From the NCBI GenBank assembly GCA_951406725.2, contig OX597838.1, forward strand, positions 2,418,001-2,482,000: DNA of 64,000 nt, in the 5' to 3' direction. Source of the DNA: Octopus vulgaris (lineage: Eukaryota). This document shows positions 41,490-55,300 of this stretch, one piece after another. A program made the translations under genes and the position numbers. How positions within the stretch are numbered: position 1 is the first letter of the stretch; each line of letters starts with the position of its first letter. The notes below the pieces were generated by a model that saw nothing but the letters and a program-made list of their open reading frames with translations, did not search any database and had not been told where the DNA came from.

Positions 41490-42070
41490 CTGCGTGTGTA
41501 GTGTATGTGTGTGTATGAGTGTGCGTAGTGCGCGTGGTGTGTATTTGTGTGTGTGTATGTAATGTGTGTGTATGCATGTGTATGTGCATGTGTGTGGTGC
41601 GTGTAGTGTGTATTTGTGTGTGTAATGTGTGTGCGTATGTATGTGTGTGTGGTGTGTATTGTGTGTGTTTGTGTGTATGTGTTTGTGTGTGTTGTGAATT
41701 AATGTACGTAGTGTGTATTTTTGTGGTATGTGTTGTGTGTATGTTTGTGTGCGCGTATATGCGGTGTGTACGTTTTTGTGTGTGTGCATGATTTTGGTGT
41801 GGCATGTGTGTATGTATGTGCATGTGTTTGTATAGTTTGTGTATGTATGTGCGTGTGTGTAGTGGGTGTGTGCGTGTGTTTGGTGTGTGTGCGCGTGTGG
41901 TGTGCATTTGTGTATATATGTTATGTGTCTGTGTGTAAGTGTGCGTGTGTGTAGTTTGTATGTATGTGTGATTGCGTGTATGTGATGTGTGCATGTGTGT
42001 GTGTATGTGAGTGTGGTGTGTGTGTTTGTGGCCTGTGTGTGTAGGTGTGTGTGTGCGTGTGGGTGCGTGA
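41490..42070. repeat. Degenerate GT-rich low-complexity tract (a CA-rich counterpart lies at 54140-54672)
   Basis: Directly visible; it explains the 278-aa and 271-aa His/Thr ORFs. Confidence 0.9.
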
Positions 42071-42084
42071 GCTCTGAAATTAAG

Positions 42085-42580
42085 GCCCACAAGGAGCAAA
42101 GACGTGGTATGATCAAATCCCAGCAGGAGTTACCGAGAATGAAGACTGCGAAATCCTGTAGGATGCAATGATTCAGTGTGAACAGAGGCGAGACATCAGA
42201 AGCCAGACGTTGCTGTGGTGAGCGGAAAAGAGAACGCTTGCATGATAATCGCCATGGCATGTCCCGGTGACAACAGGACCAAAGAGAAAGAAGAAGAAAA
42301 TGAACAACTATGACGAAATGAAGCGGGAAATACGCCGACTGTGGACAATGAAGAAGGTGGACGTGATACTGCTGACGTGGCTTAAAAAAGACTGGTACAA
42401 ATATGAAGAGAGAACGCCTACAAAGTTCATCATTGTTTGGGACTGGAAGGGTTCCCCGCAGCGTTCTTGAAATTTGATCACTAAATAAGTGTCACCTTAG
42501 TTTGTTGGCTGTGGTTAGCTGACACATTCCATCAAACCGTGTAAAACATGCTGAAAGTTTTCATCAAATAAGAGTAAAAG
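42085..42580 (+). mobile_element. R4/Dong-type non-LTR retrotransposon: restriction-like endonuclease domain and 3' end (decayed)
   Basis: Across stops and frameshifts: KTWYDQIPAGVTENEDCEIL*DAMIQC / HQKPDVAVVSGKENACMIIAMACPGDNRTKEKEEE / NYDEMKREIRRLWTMKKVDVI / LQSSSLFGTGRVPRSVLEI*. These are the WY--P, ILWD, KPD, KE-EK-Y and E-RLW motifs of RLE elements. Confidence 0.88.
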
Positions 42581-42704
42581 TTAAGATTTGTCACTTCTTA
42601 AATGTGCTGGAAATGGCAGTAACTGTTCCGCTAGCAATACACATAGAATCGTAGATCTCCAAGAGACACTGGTGTTGCTAAAACCCAGTGAGCTTCTTAA
42701 AGAA

Positions 42705-42881
42705 TAATGCCAAAAGGTAAAACTTAGCAGTTAAAGGTGGATGTTGCATTACAACACACGATGCTGCATGTGCACGACAAAATTCTAAATAAGGGTTTCT
42801 CACGAGGTAAATATCGCAGTATTGCGTGTTCCAACACAACATCAACTTTTAATCGATGATAAATTTTAGCTTTTGGCATTA
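42705..42881. mobile_element. Fold-back MITE-like element with imperfect ~55-bp terminal inverted repeats, TA-flanked
   Basis: Left arm TAATGCCAAAAGGTAAAACTTAGCAGTTAAAGGTGGATGTTGCATTACAACAC; right arm reverse complement TAATGCCAAAAGCTAAAATTTATCATCGATTAAAAGTTGATGTTGTGTTGGAACAC. Confidence 0.7.
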
Positions 42882-42884
42882 ATA

Positions 42885-43130
42885 GTGCTTCTTTTGTGTT
42901 GCATTGAGATCTTCAAGCAACAATATAGACAAATGGTTGAAGGATATTGGAAGAGAATCTCCTGTAGAACTACAACAGAAAGTTTGCATTTTAGGGTCAG
43001 GAAAGATTATCAGAAGGATTCTAAGCATTTGAAGGACTACTGAAAGCTAGTGAAAACCTAAGTTTACAGGTATTAACCTGACCCCCACATAAATCCTACC
43101 ACGAAAAAGTCTGAACCTGAGCCAAAACTA
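42885..43130 (+). mobile_element. 3' end of an R4/Dong-type element running into (TAA)n
   Basis: ALRSSSNNIDKWLKDIGRESPVELQQKVCILGSGKIIRRILSI* (stop at 43030-43032), about 100 nt of 3' UTR, then (TAA)n at 43131-43208. Confidence 0.82.
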
Positions 43131-43144
43131 TAATAATAATAATG

Positions 43145-43280
<136 letters not shown>

Positions 43281-44037
43281 CAACAGGCTTCTGTACATTT
43301 TTCCAAGCTCTTAATTCCACTGGTATATTTTTGGTCAATATCCTGCTTTGCCAGAAAACAATTGTGTAAAGCTTTACGATCGATCGCAGAACCATCAGGT
43401 TACCGTTTCCGCGCCCCTCCATTTACAATATATACAACTAATAACTTAAATATGGAATTGTGGTTGGGGGGAGGGATAGAAAAATATTCTCTTTCAAAGA
43501 AGAAAATTTCTGTTTTCATTATTGTTCGTAAATTTATCTTATACTTATTTGTTTTGGCTTTGAAAACTTGAAAATAATTTTGACGAATTTTAGAAAAAAT
43601 CTTTGAAGACAGTAAACCTCCTTTATTTCCAATGTTATCTTTGAAGAATTTTGGAGAAGCTTTAAAGAAAACTTTTCTTTCCTATATTATTTAGCTTTCT
43701 GTAATTCTTAACTAAACTAACTCGCAGATATTTTTTTTTAAACAAATTCCAACATTATTTCACTGACAGTTTTATTACTTCACGAAAATTATTATTTCAT
43801 TTTTCCTTTATTTCTTTTTTTTATTTTTTGGCCAAAAAAATTTTGCTCTGAATTGAAATGTTTTAAATGTTTATATCATGAAGTGTAAGTAGAAACGCTA
43901 CAAATATTCTTCTTCTAACATTCATACAACATTCATACGCGCGTAGGTACGTGTGTGTACATATACGCATACATATATACATTATATGTTATATATATAT
44001 ATATATGTATATATATGCATAAACATATACATATCAC

Positions 44038-44176
<139 letters not shown>

Positions 44177-44694
44177 TATGTATGTATATATGTATGAATA
44201 TATATATTGCATGCATATATAGGGCAAATTTGTTCTAGAATACCGTATATAATATGTTCTTTCTTGTTCCTTTTTGTTCTATTCCAAGTTAATTCTTCTA
44301 GAGATATTTCTTTTAACTTTATGGCAATAGTTCGAAGTCCGTTAGCCAAAGGTTGATAGTTCCAGGTATGCCAGTTCCAAGTCTGACGGCTTTTCTTCAT
44401 CCATGCGTCCGGTACAGAAGAAAAAATTCTATAATTCATATATATATATGAATATTTTGATAACATATGAAAATCAGGTTCGAATCACTCTTGGAAGATC
44501 TCAAGTCATCGTTCCTAGGATGTGGCAATAGGAAATGTTAAAAGGAACGCTAGGTAAATCATCGAACAGGTACACTTTCCGATTGCCTGAGATTTGTAAA
44601 TACGGCTGTTTCTTGCGACTAGGGCAACTGATTTCGGTATCTATTAACACAGTAAGTTCAGATGGCTTATATGTATATTCATACATACATACAT

Positions 44695-44740
<46 letters not shown>

Positions 44741-44755
44741 TGATAGATAGGTAGG

Positions 44756-44815
<60 letters not shown>

Positions 44816-44828
44816 CAAAGAGACAAAC

Positions 44829-44910
<82 letters not shown>

Positions 44911-45548
44911 AGATATTATTATTAACAAAAATAATATTGTAAGTAGCTAGCAAGCATAAAATTACCAATAAAAGGTAAAATCATTATTAATTTATAATCA
45001 GGGAACGAGATCGTACACAACATTGCTAGAAATAGGCGTCAAACGGCTTAAGAACCACAGTAAATCGTTTATATACACACTGGTGCATTCGAGGAAAACG
45101 ATTAAATAAAACGCCATTTTACCAATAGCGAGTAAAAATCGTAAATGAGTTGCAGACGTAATTATATCGCATCAACACATATACATAAGTTTACATATAT
45201 ACATATATACGCATGGTGTTCGTAAATCACCTCTCTAACCTCCACAATGTATTGTATTGTATCATCTGGATGTGTTGCGTGCAACCAACGAGGATCACAT
45301 GGAAGTGTTCTGATGTTTGTAATAAATCTTTATTTTCCAGTAAGCCCTTCTGAGTTACCCTTATGTTTCATTTAATTTATAGACACATTGTATATGTATA
45401 TTAAAAAGGAAAATGAAATGGAGTGACCAATTCGGGTTATGTCATAATTTTACAACTGTTTCTTTTATATTTGATCTGAAAAGCATTGCTATATTATTAT
45501 TACATAATGTGATATAACACATTGCTTCGGTATTAGTATACTAATTCC

Positions 45549-45760
45549 AAGGCGGCGAGCTAACAGAATCGTTAGCACGCCGGGCGAAATACTTAGTAGT
45601 ATTTCGTCTGTCTTTATGTTCTGAGTTCAAATTATTTGCCTTTCATCCTTTCGGGGTCGATAAATTAAGTACAAGTTTGCGTACTAGAGTCAATCTGAAC
45701 GACTGTCCCACTCCCCCGATAATTCTCTGCCTTGTGCGGAGAGCTGAAAAAATTATTATA
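45549..45760 (+). mobile_element. SINE family B, near full length
   Basis: AAGGCGGCGAGCTAACAGAATCGTTAGCACGCCGGGCGAAAT...TTCTGAGTTCAAAT...GCCTTTCATCCTTTCGGGGTCGATAAATTAAGTAC. Confidence 0.88.
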
Positions 45761-46496
45761 CTAATACCAAAATATGTCGACTCCTCAGCTTTATGTATAA
45801 AATCCATTTGCTTGATCAACTTGTATACTCAAGAATATAAACCCTTCGTTCTAGATGTTTTTAGCGTTTCATTTGCATATCATAGTGAAAGCCAAGAAAG
45901 CAAACATATAGTAGGCAACAAATTCAAATTAATTGGAAGAAAAATTGGAAAATCGAAGAATACAAAGGAATATAAGAAAAATATATAAATAAAAGAGCAG
46001 CTAAATGCGAGAAAAATCTATTCTCTTCTATTTAATCTCACAATTCCGTTTGCACTTATTTATTCTTCCCTATGCTCTTTGAATCATTCTATTTCTTGAT
46101 CAGTTTGCTTTAAATATTCTATGCAAATAAAATGATAAAAATATCTCGAACGAAGCGTATCTATTCCAGGAAATACAAATTCTTCCTCCCGCAAATAGAT
46201 TTTAGACATAAAACCTGAGGAGTCGATTTTTTTGTGGCAGCAGTAGAATGACACTGATGCAATGTGTTGTTACATATGTTATAAGATAATCATATAACAA
46301 TATTTTTCTGATAATGTAACCATGAAACAATTGTAAAATTATGTCATAGATTGAATTACTCAGTCCATTCCCCCAGTTGATATAAAAAAATCTCTTCGGA
46401 TATTCTAGTTTTATACTTATATCTGATATACGGTATCTGTCGATCTGTCGACAAACTTGTGTGTATGTGTGTGCATATGTGTGTGTGTATGTATAA

Positions 46497-46659
<163 letters not shown>

Positions 46660-46725
46660 CACACATATTTATATATGTATATGTATATATATATATATAC
46701 GTGTACGTGTGTGTGTATATATGTT

Positions 46726-46761
<36 letters not shown>

Positions 46762-47478
46762 TATTTGTGTGTGTGTGTATGATATACAGGAATATATAAG
46801 TGCGTCTGTGTGCTTATCTGTTTCTGGTTTTATGTATCACCCTGTATTTATTGATCTCTTTTACCTCTTCTTCTTCCTTCACCTCTTCTTTTTCGCGAAA
46901 TCCCATTCCTCCTCGCCCTCACTTTCTCTTTCTCCTCCTCATCTAACACTACTCCACTTCTGGGTCTGCCCCCCACCCCCACACACACAGCTGCTCCGAC
47001 TCACCATTTCGTAATTATAATTGCTATGCAACTGTTTGTTTGACACACCCAATCAGTACCAAACAGCAAAAAACACCCAACTACGCCTCTTTTTGCACGT
47101 AAACATTCGTGTATGTGTGTGTGTTTGCGTGTGTGTGTGTGTATGTGTGTGCATGCGTGTGCGTGTATGTGTGTGTGCGTGCATGTCTCTGTCTGTGTGG
47201 GTACGTGTGTATGTGTGTATCTGTTTGTCTGTCTGTCTGTCTGTATCAGTGTGTGTGTGTGTGCGTGCGTGTGTGTGCATGTGTATGTGTGTATCTGTCT
47301 ATCTGTCTGTCTGCCTCTGTGTGTGTGTGTGTGTGTTTGTATTGATTTACAGTTATAAAAGGGAAAATATAAATACATTACACAGAAACTAACACTATAA
47401 GTCTATAACATGTATACACACATAAACACACGCACACGTATATATACACACTCATACATATATGAATACAGACATACA

Positions 47479-47870
47479 GGCTTAGGAGTGGCTGTGTGGT
47501 AAGAAGCTTGCTTCCCAACCACATGGTTCCCGGTTCAATTCCCTTGCTTGTTAACTTGATCTCCAGCTATAGCCTCGGGCCGACCAAGAACTTGTCAGTG
47601 GATTTGGTAGATGGACACTGAAAGAAGCCTGTCATATTTGTGTATATATGTAAGTGCACCTCTGTGTGTGTATGTGTATATGTGAGTGTAGCTCTCTGTG
47701 TCTGCGTGTGAGTGTGTGTGTATGTGTGTGTGGATATGTGAGTGCGAGTGAGTGTGTGTATGTGTGCGTATATATGTGAGTGTAGCTCACTGTGTATGCG
47801 TGTGAGTGTGTGTATATATGTGTGTGTATATATGTGTGTGTATATATGAGTGCTTTGTTTCCACCCACCA
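47479..47870 (+). mobile_element. SINE family A, 5' half plus expanded internal microsatellite
   Basis: GGAGTGGCTGTGTGGTAAGAAGCTTGCTTCCCAACCACATGGTTCCCGGTTCAATTCCC...CTGAAAGAAGCCTGTC. Confidence 0.85.
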
Positions 47871-49109
47871 TTTTACTGTGGCCACATTTCGCATTGTGAT
47901 AAAAATGTTCACCCCTTAGGTAAGCGTACCTGAAGAAAAGTTAAGCTGAGTTTATAGATTATAGATTCGAGTTACGTAAAACAAGTTTAGATTGGCTTGG
48001 ATACATATGTAATACGGTTTTAATTTCTTTATTCCTCACACCTGTCGATTTATAGTCTCAGAATTAACAATCATTGTTGCTTAACTGTGAGCTGCCGTCT
48101 TCTTAACGAAAATTCCATCAAATTCGATATGAGACGAACTGTGTAATGCATTGATTAATAAAGTTCGTCTATCGATTATCATCCGCTTTATGTCATCTAT
48201 ACAAACTGTATACATGCTTGGTGGTAGCTAACCACCTGTACAAAGATCTTTTCTGATATATCTCGGAAGGTATTAAAATTTTGATATAAATTCGCTGAAT
48301 TAGCAGATAATGATATAAAAATCATAATAAATTATATATAATTTTCAATAAACATAAATGCAACTGCAACAAACCACCCGTATTTAGGTGCTTCCAGTTG
48401 GCGTTCTACGACTCTAACCGTCTTCTGCTTCCATGAACTCGGTACCAAAAGTGCTTCTGATATTTTATTAGGAATCCCTGATGAATGGGGTCGGAAGGAA
48501 GAGGAAAGGTTTCGCCTCCTCCATCGGATTTTTGTATATCATTTTCTTCCTTACATTTTGTGAACTTATATACATTGTGGTTTTTACCAGCAACATATCT
48601 TTCACCTGGTTCTCATAACTGAATCCCTTGTCTCAAAACTTTGCAGGGGTTTTTCCCATATATATCCCTGCCAGTCATCCACCGAGAACACGTAAATCAT
48701 AGTTTTTACTCCCACTCGTGCCTTCGATTTGTCTTTTGGGTGGAGGTTGGACGGGTTTATCTTTTTTGCATTTCTCTCTACTCAGCAATTTCTTGTTCCT
48801 GAACACTGTTTGTTTCCACATAATCGTCGCAGGATGAAGAAGTTGCAATTATTGTTGTGGCCATGTAAGGTGATCCTTAACTGTCGAGTTCTTGTCCTGG
48901 AAGAGAGACTAAGATTTTCGACTGTCCTTGGAAATAATAGCGTTGAGGCTCCGGGACCATTGTTTTTCTATTTGTTCTATTTCTCTCTCTATCTATCTCT
49001 CGTTCTCCAGATCTCTCTCTATATATATAAATCCCCCGCTCTCTATGCCTCTCTCCCTCTCCCTCTCCCTCTCCCTCCCTCTCTCTCTCTCTCTCGGATA
49101 CACCTCTTG

Positions 49110-49500
49110 TTTTGTTCTTCTGAGTATAAGGATCTCGTGTGACCTTTGAAACCACACGTGTAGCAGATAGGTCTTCTGTCTTTTCGTAGCCTTTCCGATA
49201 TAATTCTGTGATCTTAGAAAATCATTAGGATTCGTGTTTCTACCTTGACTCTACCAGACCACATTTCATTTCTGGCCTCTTCCGCTCTCACAAATTGCCC
49301 GTATTATTTCCAAAACGTGACAACTTGCCAAGAGTTAATGCTGTTGCTTATACCGTTGGCTATGACCCTCATATTTCATCCATCGAAGTGCTGCAACACC
49401 AGTACGAGAACCGCTGTGTGGCGCACCAGCTCGGTTTTTAACCTTCGTTTCGCCTTCAGTTTTAAAATTCAGATGCAGGAACGTACATCTGAATTTCTAT
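49110..49500 (-). mobile_element. Remnant of a LINE (L1/Tx1-like) ORF1 with a gag-type zinc knuckle; may extend to ~48400
   Basis: The minus strand at 49124-49177 reads RRPICYTCGFKGHTRSLY, i.e. CX2CX4HX4C with the last Cys codon changed TGC>TAC. The surrounding frames are broken. Confidence 0.5.
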
Positions 49501-50084
49501 GTTGAATAGGAGACGAGGTATTGGGAACGTTACGGGGGAAGATGTCAACATATATGGGAAAATCTTCCTCATCTTTGACGGTCTAAAAATAGATGACTTT
49601 GAGTTGCTATTTTTCTTGAATAAAAGTACTTAGACAAGCAGAAAGTCTTTTCATATTAAATATTTAATTATAGCCAGGGCAAACCAGAAAATATTCTGCT
49701 TTGCTCTTAAATTAGTAAAGATTGCGTCTGTATGAATGTATTGCTGTTGTTGTTGCTATTGCTGTTGCTGCTGCTGCTGTTGTTGTTGCTGTTGTTGTTG
49801 TTGCTGTTGATGCTTTTGTTTGCATTGCCAAGGTGAATATTCACAATAATATTTTCATTTTCTGTCAAAAAATCCTGATGTTTGCTCCTCATGAAATATT
49901 TATGTTTCACTGACACTAAATTACTTTTTTTCCTTCCGTCTGCTTTCTATTCTCTTTTATTCCATTGAATTTCTCGAGGCAGACTTTGTTTCTTTGCTTA
50001 GCCGTAGCCATGTTAGACTGAATATAAACACCGCATATTTATATTTAAAATATTTCAAAATGGCCGACTTTGTTTTTATTGCAG

Positions 50085-50148
50085 TTTATGACAAATATCA
50101 AGAGATGTTGAAGCCGGTTTCCCTGGAGGAAATGATTTTTAAAAAAAG
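50085..50148 (+). CDS. Candidate 64-nt internal exon of an unidentified host gene
   Basis: Acceptor CTTTGTTTTTATTGCAG| and donor AAG|GTAAGG. Only one frame is open: YDKYQEMLKPVSLEEMIFKK (phase 1 in, phase 2 out). No homology recognised. Confidence 0.3.
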
Positions 50149-50382
50149 GTAAGGATTTATTCTTAAGTTCAACGATTAAGAAAAATCTATGGCATCATAA
50201 TTCGGATGTTTTTCAATGCCTGGAAAAGGACAGTCCCCGTTGTCAGTCTTCTAATTCCTGTCTACGATGCATCCCACAAGACACGAGCAAACAGCTAAAG
50301 TTGCCTCACTGGGAAGTTAATGGATCGATTTTTATAGCAAACACATATCATCTTAGTTATAGACTCTAGTTTCACTGAATAC

Positions 50383-50685
50383 TCGTGGCTTAGTGGTTCA
50401 GGTATTTCACTCACCATCGTAAAGTTGTGAGTTCGATACCTGATAGTATTTTGTGTCCTTGACAGCGACACTTTATTTCACGTTGCTTCACTTCATTCAT
50501 TTGCGAAAATGAGCTGTACCTGTACCTTGAAGGGCCGACTTTGTCGAACTTTGTGTTACACTGAATCACCCCGAGGACCACGTTAAGGGTACACGTGTCT
50601 GTGGAGTACTCGGTCACTTGCACGTTAATTTCATGGGCAGGCTGCTGAGTTGTTCAGATCAACTGGAAGTGGCTGAGTGCCAGAC
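50383..50685 (+). mobile_element. SINE family C, near full length
   Basis: CGTGGCTTAGTGGTT (A box)...GAGTTCGATACC (B box)...GTGTCCTTGACAGCGACACTTTATTTCACGTTGCT core...CACTTGCACGTTAATTTCA...GATCAACTGGAA. Confidence 0.85.
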
Positions 50686-50821
50686 TATGGCTTTGATTGG
50701 GAGAATTCCAAGTTCAGCGAATTAAAGTCATTGGGAACATCAACAACACAACTCCCGATATTCCGTGTTGAGAGTTTACGACTGAAAACGGAGAGAATGA
50801 ACCGAGGAAGAGGCGGATAAT

Positions 50822-50876
<55 letters not shown>

Positions 50877-51082
50877 GAAAAGTAAATAAAATAGAGATTA
50901 ATCAATTACGTTGAAAAAAAGGTTGAATAGATGAGAAAATAATAGAAAATGGCAAAACAACGAAGACCGACGGAGAACGTATCAGACTTTTAAAGATAAG
51001 CACTAGCAACGATTCAAGGCGGTGCCCCAGCATGGCCGCAGTCCTAAACATGAAATAAATTACCGATAAAAGAGAAATAAAA

Positions 51083-51605
51083 GGCGCAGACGTGGCTGTG
51101 TGGTAAGAAGCTTGCTTCCCAACCACGTAGTTCCGGGTTCAGTCCCTCTACGTGACCATATGGCCAAGTGTCTTCTACGATAGCCTCGAGCCGATCAAAG
51201 CCCTGTGAGCGGATTTGGTAGACGGAAACTAAAAGAAGCCTGTCGTATACATATGGGCGCTGCAATGCCAACGGTTATATGCTAGAAGTAAATGTCAAAT
51301 GTGTAGAAATCACTCTAAATTTCTTCTCTATTTTATTAATAATACAAGGCCTCTATTTATAAATATCTGTGTGTGTATCTATTTATGTATGTGTGTACCT
51401 ATCAATATATATGTGTGTGTCTTTGTGTCTGCGTTTGTCACCCCAACCATCGGTTCGGCAAAAGATAGCGATGAAATAAGCAAAAGGCCTTGCAAATAAT
51501 AAGTCCTGTGATAGATTTCTTCAGTTAAAACCCTTTAAGGCGGTGCTGTAGCATGATCGCACTCAAATGCCAGGAAGAAGTAAAAGAATCAAGAATAAAG
51601 GAAAA
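51083..51605 (+). mobile_element. SINE family A, full length with an insertion in the central microsatellite
   Basis: Head 51083-51250 GGCGCAGACGTGGCTGTGTGGTAAG...; tail 51410-51600 TTTGTCACCCCAACCATCGGTTCGGCAAAAG...AAGGCGGTGCTGTAGCATG. Confidence 0.88.
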
Positions 51606-51789
51606 GAATTATGAAGCGTCAACACTTCCAAGGTCGATATCTTGCAAGAATGGTGAGGGATGAATAGATTGTGGCTTTAATAATGACTCAAATTGTTCAA
51701 AGTCTTTGAACTAGAAATCGAAATTGGATGTTTTGATTTTAAATCCATATCGTCAATGAGTAGGCAGAGAAAATGTCAAAATGAAATAA

Positions 51790-52060
51790 TAAAACATGGC
51801 ACATAAACAAACAATTGTTCTCTTTATCTGTCGCCGTCCGGTGATTGCAAAGAGACAATATGGACAGATTGATAGCCGTAGCCATTTGGAAATATACGGG
51901 TACTTCCTCGTGGTATTGCAATGGGATAATCAAGCACTAAATCCGATATGTGACAATGATATGGCTACAAAAAAGATGAAAGAAAATTGACCAGATATTG
52001 TAACCAAACCACAGAGAAAAAAATAATCTACTGCACTCGACAACATCTCGGTCACTTCCG
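51790..52060 (+). mobile_element. Possible highly decayed APE endonuclease remnant of a CR1/L2-type LINE
   Basis: ICRRP (cf. IYRPP), YGYF...W (cf. GDFN...W) and IVTKP.R..NNLLH (cf. Q-V--PTR--NILDL) occur in the expected order. Confidence 0.3.
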
Positions 52061-52272
52061 GGAAGGAAATCGAAAAATCTATAAGAATTCAGGGAACTCA
52101 AAAGGATAAAGATTCTTATGAGGTGAATTAGAACAAGTTGGAGTCCCATCACGATTGGTCAGTGTGAAGCAACAAAGAAACAAAGTAGAACAAAGAGATA
52201 AATACAATGTACCGACTTTAAAAATAATAAATGTATTAATAATTAGTGTGTATATATATATATATATATATA

Positions 52273-52402
52273 CAGTAATGCCTCGGAATACGAGTTAATT
52301 CGTTCCTAGAGAACGCTCCTAAAGCAAAACTCGTGAATGGAAAATAAACTTGTAAAGCCGGGGGCCTCGTATAGCGAATCCTCGTAAAGTGAGGTTTTAC
52401 TG
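52273..52402. mobile_element. 130-bp pogo/Tigger-type MITE
   Basis: TA-CAGTAATGCCTCGGAATACGAG ... CTCGTAAAGTGAGGTTTTACTG-TA: CAGT termini, 16/22 TIR match and a TA target duplication. Confidence 0.8.
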
Positions 52403-52403
52403 T

Positions 52404-52464
<61 letters not shown>

Positions 52465-52473
52465 TACTTATAC

Positions 52474-52505
<32 letters not shown>

Positions 52506-52577
52506 TTATATATATATATACATATATATATACATACATATATATATATATGTATATGTATACATATATATATGTAT

Positions 52578-52638
<61 letters not shown>

Positions 52639-52786
52639 AACATCTATCGTTAATATTTGGTAAGTGCTAACGCACTAATCTAAACTCTCGACTTTTGAGT
52701 GTCTCTCTTCTACCTGATAATTTTAATTCAATAATACAAACGATGCAGTTCATAAAGTCATTTCTGAATCTGATAACACACAACTT

Positions 52787-52836
<50 letters not shown>

Positions 52837-53049
52837 GTGCCCCATATTCTACATATTTGCACTCCACTACGAAAAACACAACCCAGATACCACATGTTCC
52901 CTACAAATGGTGCTCAACCGGATTCCATCTGCTCCTTTTGAGTCCACAAAAGCGTTTAGGAACAAGTTTAGGAACAAGAAATTGGTTTTATTTCTACAAA
53001 ACACAAATTATTTGAAGATCCTTTTTTTATATACGGAGGAGAGGAGACG

Positions 53050-53255
53050 AAATAAATCCCGCGGCCTGACCGGCTGCTATCAATTTGTGTCGGTCGCCGT
53101 CGAGACGTCACGTGTTCTAGGAACCCCGCGCTACCGATTTCCTCCGAAAAATAGGGATAATGGCGGCCCGTCTGAGAAATGAACTTCACTCGGTGGAGTG
53201 TCTGCTGCAGCAAGGGATGCTGGCCCTCTACGCGGCAACACCATGCGGGACACAT
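53050..53255. promoter_or_regulatory. GC/CpG-rich unique island, putative cis-regulatory element
   Basis: Dense CpGs against an AT-rich background. Overlapping CRE-like/E-box GACGTCACGTG at 53104-53114 and ATGGCGGC at ~53160. Confidence 0.3.
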
Positions 53256-54858
53256 TATTTTTTTCTGACGAGTGTGTCCCATCACCCCTTCCCATTCCAT
53301 CGTCCACTGCTTCCCCAATTTTCCTTTCCTTTTCTTTATTTTCATTTCTTATCTCCTTTTTTCCTCTTTCTTTGTATTCTTGCCAAAAAGAAATGAATAA
53401 CAATTATCATTTCGCTTTTTTTTCAAAAGAGAATTCCTAATAAAATTTAATTTCAAAAATATAAAACTATCTTTTTACGCATTGGGGAGTTATGAGGGTC
53501 TAATAGAGTGGAATAAGAATAAAACGGGTGGATAGGTATAAAATGGTTGAGGACCAAAACCCTAGCCATCATCAACCTTCGAGACCAGAACCCTATTTGA
53601 TGTTAGTCAGCCTAAGACATCTGCCTGCTTCTACGACTCAAACTTCCTAATTAAAAAGTCAAAATCAAAACCTATCATCAAAATTTCATTTGAATATGTT
53701 AATTAATTTTCTTAAGTAACGCTAATTAATATATGTTAATATATGTTCCAGGAACCAGTTAATAATGACCAAGTTATTTTATTACCTTCTTCATTATATG
53801 CGAACTTAATTAAAACAAAGGGAGGCACTAGAAATATGGTAACAAAACGGTTGAAGCCTTTTAATCCGAATCCACTTGAGACGTCTCTTGATTCTATGAT
53901 AGGAATTTCCGTTTTAAAGCGATCCAAATCGAAATATAACATTAAAATTTCACGTTAATTTCTGTTCCAACGACGAGGTTAATGACGACAAACTCACATC
54001 ACTGAGTTTGTCTTTTACAAAATTAATTGAAATAAAAAAAGGAGGGGATTTCAACAAGAAAAAGAAAGATGAGAAAAAGGTTGGAAGTGGAACGAAACTG
54101 GAACCGGACTCAGCATGGATACACTTTCCATAAAACAGTGCTGCACACGGTCGCACACACACACAAACAGACACAAACAAACGCACTCAAGCACACACAC
54201 ACAAACACAGACAAAAACACACAAATACAAACACCCACACAAACACACAAACACAAAAACACACACCTACACAAACACACCTACACAAACACACAAATAC
54301 ACACACACAAACACACAAACACAAACACACCCACACAAATACGCGCACACAAACAAACACAAAAACACACACAAACATACATACACACAAACACGAACTA
54401 ACACAAACACACACACAAACTCACACACACAAACATACAAACACACACACATACACACACATACACACACACACAAGCACACACAAACACACACACGAAT
54501 ATACAAAGAATCACACACGCACAAACCCCCACACAAACACACGTACACATATACATACATAAACACGGACGGGCTGACACACACATACAAACACATGGAA
54601 ACACATACACATGTACATACACATACATACACACACACATACACACACACACATACAGCCACACACACACATGTCAGCCATGTTGAGATGCTGCTGCACC
54701 TGGCGTTGCAGCGGAAACATTAAACACACGCAACGCTTTTGCATCTGTCCCATTTTTAATTTCATTAAAAAAACATTTTTTTTGCAACGATGATAATGAG
54801 ACAGTTGTTGATGTTGTTGTTGTTGCTGCTGCAGTTGTGATAATTGTTGTTGTTCTGG

Positions 54859-54894
<36 letters not shown>

Positions 54895-55113
54895 TCTCGC
54901 CATGTTTCTACCCCCCCCCCATCACTATGCCGTCACGCCCACTTAATTAACACTGAAATCATAAACAACTATCGTTATCACCATCATTTGTGTTGTTGTC
55001 GTCGTCGTCGTTGGTTTCGTTATAATTGTTGTTGTTGGTTTTTTACATCATTATCATTATTATCATTATTATTATTGTCATTATTATTATTGTCATTATT
55101 ATTATTATTATTG

Positions 55114-55155
<42 letters not shown>

Positions 55156-55177
55156 TATTATTATTATTATTATTATC

Positions 55178-55254
<77 letters not shown>

Positions 55255-55300
55255 TAGTAGTAGTTGTAGTAGTAGTAGCAGCAGCATTATTATTATTATT

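Noticed and set aside
41263-42260. Longest ORFs (278 and 271 aa, His/Thr-rich) as a possible histidine-rich structural protein
   Set aside because: They overlap a degenerate (GT)n tract and the antisense of an R4/Dong fragment, and two frames are equally open.
45262-45300. CTGGATGT-GTTGC-GT-GCAAC-CAAC hammerhead-like string
   Set aside because: Both core strands deviate from consensus and there is no helix I.
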